NCBI GenBank assembly: GCA_963736235.1
Contig: CAVTOR010000032.1
Coordinates: forward strand, 109 to 64,108
Origin: an uncultured Gammaproteobacteria bacterium
Lineage (GTDB): Bacteria > Pseudomonadota > Gammaproteobacteria > Chromatiales > Chromatiaceae
Direction of reading: 5' to 3'
DNA: 64,000 nucleotides
The notes under the pieces were generated by a model. That model had not been told where the DNA came from. It saw only the letters and a list, made by a program, of their open reading frames with translations, and searched no databases. A program made the translations under genes and the position numbers. This document shows positions 26,577 through 34,661 of the stretch, piece by piece (position 1 is the stretch's first letter; each line of letters begins with the position of its first letter).

Positions 26577-29483
26577 ATGTCACAACCTTTCGACGAACCG
26601 TCCAAAAGGGTCGGAATTGGGGTGAGCTCGCCTCCGCCCTGTCCCTATGACCAGGGCGACGTGCAGCACTATTATCAGGCGAGTCGCGAGATCGAGGCCA
26701 GCCGGCACCGCATCGAGGACGCCAGGCAGGAGATCCGGGCGCTGGAGCACAGCGAGGCCGTCGAGCTGTTCCAGAAGCAGATCGGCCTGTTGCAAAGGCG
26801 TCTGGTCAATGACCCGCAGTTCTTTCGTCAGGTGTTCATCGCCGAGGGCACCAACGCGATTGCCTGGGAGTTTCAGCAGGAGGAGCTGAGCGGGGCCTTT
26901 ACCAAGATGCTCTGGAATCTGCTGCTCCGCGGGGACGACATGAGCGCCCTGCTGCAGCGGTTCCTCTGGAACATTCCGCTCAAGTTCAAACGCAAGTTCA
27001 TCCGCGCGATCGACGAGCATCTGTCCGACCGCTACCCGATGTTCCGAGGGCTCTCCCAGGGTTGGCCGGGGGAAAACAGCATCCCGCCCTACATCCGCCC
27101 GCCCGAGGAAAGGGCCAAGGACTTCGACCTGGTCAACCAGGGCTACCTCGGATACCTGGGGCTCGGCTACGACTTTCGCGAAGTGGAGCTGCTGGTCTGG
27201 CTGGAGGTGCTGCGCGACAAGCAGTGCGACGACCGCCCCTGCGAGATCGGTCTCCCGGTGATGGACCGCGGGGAGAACAAGGGGGGATGCCCGGTCAAGA
27301 TCCACATCCCCCAGGTCCTCCATCTAATGGGCGAGGGCAAGTTCAAGCAGGCCCTGCAGCTGATCAAGGAATCCAACCCGCTGCCCAACGTCACCGGCCG
27401 CGTGTGCCCGCAGGAGATCCAGTGTCAGGGGGTCTGCACCCACAACGCGCGCCCGATCGAGATCGGGCAGTTGGAGTGGTACCTGCCCCAGAGCGAGAAG
27501 GTCCTCAATCCGGAGGCGACCTTCGTGCTCCAGGACTCGGTCAACCCTTGGGCCAAGGCGGACAGGCCGCCCATCGCCATCGTCGGCTCCGGCCCCGCGG
27601 GCCTGATCAACGCCTATCTGCTTGCGAAGGAGGGCTATCCGGTCACCGTGTTCGAGGCATTTCACGCGCTTGGCGGCGTTTTGCGTTACGGCATTCCCGA
27701 ATTTCGCCTGCCCAACGAGCTGATCGACGACGTGGTGGCGAAGATCACCAGGATGGGCGGAAAGTTCGTGACCAACTTCATCGTCGGCAAGACCGCCACG
27801 CTCGAGGCCCTGAAGCGAGCCGGATTCTGGAAGATCTTCATCGGCACCGGCGCCGGGCTGCCGCGGTTCATGAACGTGCCGGGCGAGCACCTGCTCGGCG
27901 TCCTGTCGGCGAACGAGTTCCTCACCCGCGTCAACCTGATGCAGGGCCACAAGGAGGGTTACGAGACGCCGCTGCCGGAGACCCGTGACAAGGAGGTGAT
28001 CGTCATCGGCGGTGGCAATACCGCGATGGACGCGGCGCGCACGGCCCGGCGTCTTGGGGGCAAGGTGACCATCGTCTACCGTCGCACCCAGAACGAGATG
28101 CCGGTCCGGGTGGAAGAGCTGCACCATGCCCTGGAGGAGGGCATCCAGCTCAAGGCGCTCCGGGCGCCGCGGGAGTTCATCGGCAGCGACAAGACTCACT
28201 TCGTCACCCACGCCGTGCTGGACATCATGGAGCTGGGTGAGCCAGACGTATCCGGAAGGCGCAGTCCGCTGGTCACCGGCGAGACCGAGGAGATGCGGGT
28301 CGACCTGGTCATCATGGCGCTCGGCAATGCCTCGAACCCCATAGTCAAGGACGCCGAGCCGGACCTCAAGACCAGCAAGTGGGGCACCATCGAGATTCGC
28401 CCTGGCACCCACGAGACCTCGGTGGACGGCGTCTACACGGGCGGCGACGCCAACCGCGGCGGCTCGACGGCGATCAAGGCCGCCGGCGACGGGCAGGCTG
28501 CCGCCCGTGAGATCGCGGGCGAGATCCCCTTCTCCCTGAGCGAGATCAAATCCCTGGTCGCCAGCGCCGAGCGTTACACCAAGCTCGGCCAGGCAACCCA
28601 GACGATCGTCGAGAAGATCGATCTGGCCGAGGGCATCGTCGAGTTCGTGGTCCGGTCGCCGCTGGTCGCCAAGGCGGCGAAAGCCGGTCAGTTCGTGAGG
28701 GTCCTCGCCTGGGAGCAAGGCGAGTTGATCCCGCTGACCCTGGCCGACTGGGACGCCGAGGCCGGCACCATCGACCTGGTCATCCAAGGTCTCGGCAGCA
28801 GCTCGATGATGATGAACCGGATGGTCGTGGGCGACGCCTTCGCCGGCATCGCCGGCCCGCTGGGCCTGCCGAGCCAGCTGCACCGATACGAGAACGGCGA
28901 GACCGTTGTCTTCACCGCCGGCGGCGTCGGCCTGCCGCCCGTGTACCCGATCATGCGCGAGCACCTGCGCATGGGTAATCACGTGACCCTGATCGCTGGC
29001 TTCCGCACCGACAAGCTCAAGTTCTGGACCGGCGAGGGTGAACGCATCGGGCTGCTGCAGGCCGAGTATCCGGAACTGCTGGACGTGGTCTACACCAGCA
29101 ACGACGGCAGCTTCGGCGTCGAGGGTTTCGTTACCGGTCCTCTGGGGGAGATGCTCGAACAGGCGAACTCCGGTGCCGGTCGCGAGCTCGGGGAGGTCGT
29201 GACCATCGGGCCGCCGCTGATGATGCGCGCCGTCAGCGACCTCACCAAGGGCTACGGGGTGCGCACCGTAGCCAGCCTCAACTCCATCATGGTGGACGCC
29301 ACCGGCATGTGCGGCGCCTGCATGGTGCCGGTGATGCAGGAGGGGCGCTTGGTGCGCAAGCACGCCTGCATCGACGGTCCCGAGATCGACTCCCACATCA
29401 TCGACTGGGACAAGTTCCTGCCCCGGTTCCATCAGTTCAAGGCGCAGGAGGACCGCAACCGCCAGCGGCATGGATTAAGGTGA
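26577..29483 (+). CDS. GltD/NfnB-like NAD(P)H flavoprotein fused to a PyrK/NfnA-like FAD/[2Fe-2S] module, with a ~165-aa N-terminal extension of unknown type
   Basis: 'GRVCPQEIQCQGVC' (Fe-S), 'IAIVGSGPAGL' and 'VIVIGGGNTAMDAA' (two dinucleotide folds). Then 'GQFVRVLAW..IPLTLAD', 'VFTAGGVGLPPVYPI' and a terminal Cys cluster 'GMCGACMV...C'. Confidence 0.8.
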   Translation: MSQPFDEPSKRVGIGVSSPPPCPYDQGDVQHYYQASREIEASRHRIEDARQEIRALEHSEAVELFQKQIGLLQRRLVNDPQFFRQVFIAEGTNAIAWEFQQEELSGAFTKMLWNLLLRGDDMSALLQRFLWNIPLKFKRKFIRAIDEHLSDRYPMFRGLSQGWPGENSIPPYIRPPEERAKDFDLVNQGYLGYLGLGYDFREVELLVWLEVLRDKQCDDRPCEIGLPVMDRGENKGGCPVKIHIPQVLHLMGEGKFKQALQLIKESNPLPNVTGRVCPQEIQCQGVCTHNARPIEIGQLEWYLPQSEKVLNPEATFVLQDSVNPWAKADRPPIAIVGSGPAGLINAYLLAKEGYPVTVFEAFHALGGVLRYGIPEFRLPNELIDDVVAKITRMGGKFVTNFIVGKTATLEALKRAGFWKIFIGTGAGLPRFMNVPGEHLLGVLSANEFLTRVNLMQGHKEGYETPLPETRDKEVIVIGGGNTAMDAARTARRLGGKVTIVYRRTQNEMPVRVEELHHALEEGIQLKALRAPREFIGSDKTHFVTHAVLDIMELGEPDVSGRRSPLVTGETEEMRVDLVIMALGNASNPIVKDAEPDLKTSKWGTIEIRPGTHETSVDGVYTGGDANRGGSTAIKAAGDGQAAAREIAGEIPFSLSEIKSLVASAERYTKLGQATQTIVEKIDLAEGIVEFVVRSPLVAKAAKAGQFVRVLAWEQGELIPLTLADWDAEAGTIDLVIQGLGSSSMMMNRMVVGDAFAGIAGPLGLPSQLHRYENGETVVFTAGGVGLPPVYPIMREHLRMGNHVTLIAGFRTDKLKFWTGEGERIGLLQAEYPELLDVVYTSNDGSFGVEGFVTGPLGEMLEQANSGAGRELGEVVTIGPPLMMRAVSDLTKGYGVRTVASLNSIMVDATGMCGACMVPVMQEGRLVRKHACIDGPEIDSHIIDWDKFLPRFHQFKAQEDRNRQRHGLR

Positions 29484-30150
29484 GGCACCGACGTGCGCGG
29501 CTACGCGCCGCGTGTGCTCGGCGTGTGTCGCCCGTGATCGTTTTGTTCGGCGCTGGCTCGTCACTCCGTCTGATTGGAGCAGTCGATCTGTGCTCAACCG
29601 ACCTGCTGGCGAAGAAAACCTGAGAGATGCGTCCCAGGTGGTTCAGGAAGGCCGAGAGCACGCTGTGCAGCGTGAACATTCCGACCGCCAACACCGGCAT
29701 CGATAAGTACCCCAGCAGATTTCCAGGGAGCGCGAACGCCAGCATGCCGAGCGGCACACCAGGCTGCCGATGACCAGCGTGCGAAGCTCGTGGCCGATCA
29801 AACGGATCAGGTGCGGCGACCCGAGAGCCAGCGCAGCGTCGATCAGGTAGCCGGTGTAGACCAGCGCGATACGAAGGGGCCACAGTGTAGGGCCTGATGC
29901 GCGCGGTCAGATTCCACTCAATCCCAGCGGATGTGCCGTGCAGATAGGCCGAGCCCCCTTCGGTTTGATTTGGCACAGGGACACCCCGCAAGTCCACGCT
30001 TAAGATGTTCGATGCCACTCTCGATGCGCTGCGCAGGGACCTCAACGCGCATGGCCTTCCATTGCGGCTGGCAAGCCGCGAGGAAGAGCCAGAGCGGTGA
30101 TTCAAAAAAAGAAAGAACCATGCAGACACCGATACGAAGAGGAAAGCACC

Positions 30151-30711
30151 ATGACGAAGCTTGTCGCGGCAATCGCCGCGCTTACCATCGCAGCACCCGC
30201 TCACGCCCTGCTGACGGTCGAACCCGAGGCCGTATCACGCGGGTCGCTCTACACCGCTACGCTGGAACGACTTTACGCTTTCGCCGTGAACAGCCACGGG
30301 CACATTGCCGGAACCCGCATCACCGCGGACTACGAACATTGCATGATTTGGACCCCGCTCGGCGGCACACGGGACATCTCCCCGGACGCTAAGAGCTGTT
30401 GGGTCCAGGGCTATAGCGATGACGAGGAGGTCGTCGGCGTCATTGACCAGGAGTATTTCAGCTGGACGGAAGAAACCGGCATCGTTCTGGAGGACAAGCG
30501 TTTGCCGCAGATGGTCGTCATGCAAAGCTTCCCCATGCCATCGGTCGGCGACTACAACGCCTACGGCATGTGGACCGACAATGCCGGAAACGTCTTCGGC
30601 GCAATTGAGCTGCAGCCTTTCTCCAGCTTTCAGTCCGGCGTGTGGTGGGACGGGGTCGAGTTCGAGAACCTGACGCCGGACACGGTGTTATTCCGCTTAC
30701 GAGACCTGTAA
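30151..30711 (+). CDS. secreted hypothetical protein
   Basis: ATG 30151 followed by the signal peptide 'MTKLVAAIAALTIAAPAHA'. No family recognised. Confidence 0.5.
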   Translation: MTKLVAAIAALTIAAPAHALLTVEPEAVSRGSLYTATLERLYAFAVNSHGHIAGTRITADYEHCMIWTPLGGTRDISPDAKSCWVQGYSDDEEVVGVIDQEYFSWTEETGIVLEDKRLPQMVVMQSFPMPSVGDYNAYGMWTDNAGNVFGAIELQPFSSFQSGVWWDGVEFENLTPDTVLFRLRDL

Positions 30712-30832
30712 CCAGGGCGATACCCGAGCGTTCTGCACCGCTAGGGTCGCGGAAACGTCTGTCTACGATTGCCGCCGCGAAGCGAGCGAGTATGACTACC
30801 GGCTCAAAGTCTGGTCCTGGCGCACGGATGGG

Positions 30833-31156
30833 ATGCCACTGGTGGCGCAGCTCGAGGAAGCGCGGGCAGGGCTGGACAGCCTGGTGGAGGAAGGCCTGCT
30901 GCTTCCGGCTCGGCGCGACAACCTTGTTCACTACAACATCCGTCCCAACCTAGATCGACTGGAGTCTGGAAAAGCGGGCAAGATGCCTTATGCGGTCACT
31001 GGGCTGTTCAGGATGCTCGACAAGCTCAAGCGGTTCCTGGGCGACAACGCCGACCATCCGACCGCATCCGGCATCGCCTGGACTGTGCGCGAGATGATCC
31101 AGACGCTGAACAAGACATATGGCTTGGCAAGTTGTGACTGGGAGCCGCTGCCCTGA
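30833..31156 (+). CDS. hypothetical protein (start uncertain; frame open further upstream)
   Basis: Coding-like 107-aa ORF. The same frame stays open back across the previous stop with no obvious start codon. Confidence 0.3.
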   Translation: MPLVAQLEEARAGLDSLVEEGLLLPARRDNLVHYNIRPNLDRLESGKAGKMPYAVTGLFRMLDKLKRFLGDNADHPTASGIAWTVREMIQTLNKTYGLASCDWEPLP

Positions 31157-31479
31157 CTTCAACCCCTGCCAAGGATGGCTTTCACGCAACGATGCGCAGG
31201 GGGCTGGTCGTGCTCATCGTCGCTGACCTCCCGCTCGGGGTCTCCGCCGAAGTTCAGCGGGAGCGGCAAGGCGAGGGCGTTCGGGTTCGTCCCGCTCCTG
31301 CCGCGGTCGGGCAATAGCGGTTGTCGGCAACTGCTAACGAGAGACTGAATTCGCGTCGAATATCGAAAATCGAACATAGGCCGTTTATCGCAGCCAGATG
31401 CCGGCGGACCCGACGGAAACCTTCATCCCGAGGGCGGAAATCGATAGCATGTGCCGAAACGAAAAAAAAGGATGAATCG

Positions 31480-34293
31480 ATGCCAATAATTTCCACGGCT
31501 TCACTGCGCTGCAGGATTCTTGCGGCTCTGTCGATAGCCTTCACATCGATTGCCGCCGCCGAGATGCGGTTTGAAGACGTGACATCGACAGCGGGAATTG
31601 CCGACACTGGCGAATCGGTCGGAGCCGCTTGGGCGGACGTAAACGGTGACGGTTTCCCCGACATTTGGCTTGACAAGCATCAATTCACGCCGACCGTCGT
31701 CTACCGCAATCGAGGAGACGGTACCTTTGTGGAGTTCATCGAGGGTTCCGACGAACCCTGGGGAATCCTCGATGTCTTCGAGGAACGTACGGACAGCCAT
31801 GGAAGGGCATGGGCGGATTTCGATAACGACGGCGACGACGATGTGCTGGAAGTCTCGGACCTCACTTGGGAAAATCTTTTCTGGGTCAATGACGGACTAG
31901 GTGCGTTCAAAGATCAGATGTCGGAGTTGGGATTCGAGTACCCGTTCGACAGCTCAATCTGCACACAAGCCGGCAACTGCAATCCATTTGGTCGTCGGAT
32001 GCCCTTGTGGCTGGACTACGACAGGGACGGCGATCTCGACGTAATGATCACGGCGATCGTCGATTACGACGAGCCCTTTTCGCCGACGGCCGTGTTCGAG
32101 CAAACCGTCTCGTCCGGCGGGGCACCCCTGTTCAGGTACGCGGAAGAGACTGGGGTGAACTATGCGGCGTCGGCTTTCTGCCGATACGCAGTCATGGCAG
32201 AGCTCTCCGGTGATGATTCCTTGGATGTCATCTGTGCCGACCAGGGCTCGGTCACTCGGGTGTGGGACACGAGTCAGTTGCCTTTCAGGGACCTGGAGAG
32301 CCAAATTGGCGGGGTTCTTTTTTCCACTGGAATCTCGGATCTTGCCGTCGGCGACTTCGACGGTGACTTGCGTGACGACTTGTTCGGCGTACGCGCGTCG
32401 TTCGGCCAAACGGTCGTTGATCAGGTGGGGCAGAGAACGCTTCACGCACGTTTCAATGCGGCCCCTGGAACCAGTGCAGCGCTATCCTTCCGCGCCGAGG
32501 GTGGGCTCCGGATCGACTTCGACTGGGCGACTAGGGTTGACTCGGTGTTTATCGGAAGCGACGGCGTTAATCCCCCAGCCAGCGCGGATATCAGCGCTTA
32601 CAACGGCTGGAGGAACCGTGTGCAACTCGACCTTTCCCCGGCTGACGTCGCCAATCATGGCATCGCAACGAGCACCGGGGGAGGTGTCTACATCGGCTTC
32701 GTGGACGGGCGCTGGATCATTCGATTCGAAACTGACCAAAGTTCGAGCGAAGTGCAGATCGTGGTGGAGGCCGACGGCACGATCTCGGACCTGATTGCGG
32801 ACCAGCCCTTCGCGGTCGGGCAGCCAGCCAACCGAAGACCTGTCCTTTTCACTCCCGATCAGGCAGGGGTTTTGACGGATGCCTCGAGCAAGATTTCGGG
32901 TCCGCAGAGCTCCTGCGCTTCCGCCGTAGCCGGAGATTTCGACAATGACGGTGACCTTGACGTCTTCGCCGGATGCAGCGGCATCGTCGCGAATCTCGAC
33001 AACATACTCTACGAGAACGATGGTCTGGGAAACTTCACCGCCATCACCGGCGATCTTCTCGGGGATGCGCGAGGCGATATCTACGGCCGCACCGACGCGG
33101 TGCTGACTGCCGACTACGATCATGACGGAAGACTGGACTTGTTCGTCACCAACGGTCAGCCGTTTCGCCCGTTTTCGTACGCTGCCAGGCAACAATTGTT
33201 CAAGAACGTGACCGCTAACGGTAATCATTGGATTGAGTTGGACCTAGATGGGGTTGCTTCGAATCGCGATGGAATTGGCGCGCGGGTATTCGCGTATACG
33301 CCAGACGGCAAGACACAGCTCCGGGAGCAAGGCAACGGGATGCATCGGGATGCCCAGAATTTTCGCCGGATCCATTTCGGCCTGGGAACTAACACCACGG
33401 TCAACCTCGAGGTGCACTGGCCGAGCGGGGTGGTCGACAACTTCAACGGCCTCGCCGTCGACCAGATCCACGACCTGGCGGAGGGCACGGGCGGTAGCAT
33501 CGGCTACGTGCTCCGCGTCGGCAACGTGTCCGTCAACGAGAGCGCGCGAGCCGCGCCGTCCACAGTAACCCTCTCGCCGGCGCCCCGTCCCGGGGAGTCG
33601 GTGGTGGTGAGCTACCAGACGCAGAACGGCAGCGCCCGGGCTGGCAGCGACTACACGGCCGTTTCGGGCACGCTGACCTTCACGGAGGGCCAGACGAAGA
33701 AGGCGGTCTGGGTGCCGATCACGGACGACGCGGTTGCGGAGAGCAGCGAGAGCTTCACTCTGAATGTTTCCAGCGCCGACTCCAACTCCGTGACGGCCAG
33801 CGTCACCATCCTCGATGACGACAGCGGCGGTGCGCTGCCGCGGCAGAAGGTCTACACGGTTTCTCCCTGCCGGGTGGTCGACACCCGCGGCGCCGACCCG
33901 CAGCTTTCCACCTTCTCGGGGGATCGTCTGGCACCCGGAGAGACCGTGTCGTTCTTCGTCACCGCGAACCTGATCAATGGTCAGGGCGGAGCGGGGAATT
34001 GCGGCATCCCCCCAGAGGCCACCGGCGTGTTCGCCAACGTCGTGGCGGTGCTTCCGCAAGGCAGCGCGACGAGCAACTATCTGGCGCTCTATCCCTCCGG
34101 CGGGAGCCGACCGCTCTCCTCGGCCATCAACTATTCAGCAGACATCACCGCCGTGGCCAACGGCGTGCTGGTTCCCCTGTGTGATCCGGCGGCGGCGACC
34201 TGCGACTATGACCTCGACGTCTACAACCACACCAGCCTCGCGGTGCACTTGGTGATCGATGTTACCGGGTATCTCGCGGTTCCAGCGCCCTGA
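31480..34293 (+). CDS. secreted FG-GAP/VCBS repeat - ASPIC/UnbV - Calx-beta protein with 4-Cys C-terminal domain (paralog A)
   Basis: Signal peptide. FG-GAP-type repeats 'WADVNGDGFPDIW', 'WADFDNDGDDDV', 'AGDFDNDGDLDVF', 'TADYDHDGRLDLFVTNG'. ASPIC/UnbV 'NHWIELDLDGVASNRDGIGARV...HFGLG...VHWPSG'. Calx-beta 'VVVSYQTQNGSARAGSDYTAVSGTLTF'. C-terminal 'SPCRVVDTR...NCGIP...PLCDPAAATCDYD'. Confidence 0.85.
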   Translation: MPIISTASLRCRILAALSIAFTSIAAAEMRFEDVTSTAGIADTGESVGAAWADVNGDGFPDIWLDKHQFTPTVVYRNRGDGTFVEFIEGSDEPWGILDVFEERTDSHGRAWADFDNDGDDDVLEVSDLTWENLFWVNDGLGAFKDQMSELGFEYPFDSSICTQAGNCNPFGRRMPLWLDYDRDGDLDVMITAIVDYDEPFSPTAVFEQTVSSGGAPLFRYAEETGVNYAASAFCRYAVMAELSGDDSLDVICADQGSVTRVWDTSQLPFRDLESQIGGVLFSTGISDLAVGDFDGDLRDDLFGVRASFGQTVVDQVGQRTLHARFNAAPGTSAALSFRAEGGLRIDFDWATRVDSVFIGSDGVNPPASADISAYNGWRNRVQLDLSPADVANHGIATSTGGGVYIGFVDGRWIIRFETDQSSSEVQIVVEADGTISDLIADQPFAVGQPANRRPVLFTPDQAGVLTDASSKISGPQSSCASAVAGDFDNDGDLDVFAGCSGIVANLDNILYENDGLGNFTAITGDLLGDARGDIYGRTDAVLTADYDHDGRLDLFVTNGQPFRPFSYAARQQLFKNVTANGNHWIELDLDGVASNRDGIGARVFAYTPDGKTQLREQGNGMHRDAQNFRRIHFGLGTNTTVNLEVHWPSGVVDNFNGLAVDQIHDLAEGTGGSIGYVLRVGNVSVNESARAAPSTVTLSPAPRPGESVVVSYQTQNGSARAGSDYTAVSGTLTFTEGQTKKAVWVPITDDAVAESSESFTLNVSSADSNSVTASVTILDDDSGGALPRQKVYTVSPCRVVDTRGADPQLSTFSGDRLAPGETVSFFVTANLINGQGGAGNCGIPPEATGVFANVVAVLPQGSATSNYLALYPSGGSRPLSSAINYSADITAVANGVLVPLCDPAAATCDYDLDVYNHTSLAVHLVIDVTGYLAVPAP
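33841..34293 (+). repeat. C-terminal-domain coding module, copy in paralog A (about 90% nt identity to 38151-38603 and 41618-42061, lower to 38704-39148)
   Basis: Aligned by eye, e.g. 'gtctacac[cg]gtttctccctgccgggt[ga]gtcgacacccgc'. Confidence 0.8.
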
Positions 34294-34661
34294 TCAGTTT
34301 TTGGGAAAGGAACACATGCGCACACGGACTCGATACGGACTCATCGGCACCCTCGACGACGAGGCCTGTATGCCATTGCCAAGTAAGGCGAGAGGGGAAG
34401 GGAAGCCACCCCGCCGATCGTTCGTAGCGATCGACTGCCGGCTGCCCATTCCGTTAGGATCAACGAGCCCGATGCCGGCCAAGGGTGCAGTCCCGAGACC
34501 TGCTTCGTTTCGGACGCGCCATGTCTGTTGATACGCCACGCCGCAAGGATCCAGCGCTCCCCGTCAGGGTTGCCGGATTCTGGTGCGTGCTCTCCCATAT
34601 ACGGGCTTGCGAGCCGACAAGTTCAACCCACCCGAGAGGCATCATCGGCTATCGTTCGTTT

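Noticed and set aside
29918-30172. IS5-family transposase C-terminal tail on the minus strand ('AQRIESGIEHLKRG...' then, in another frame, 'RGVPVPNQTEGGSAYLHGTSAGIEW').
   Set aside because: It only loosely resembles the 'NRIERxFxxLKxxRxxATRYDK...YL...W' tail, needs a frameshift, and has no upstream transposase body or inverted repeats. Too degenerate to call.
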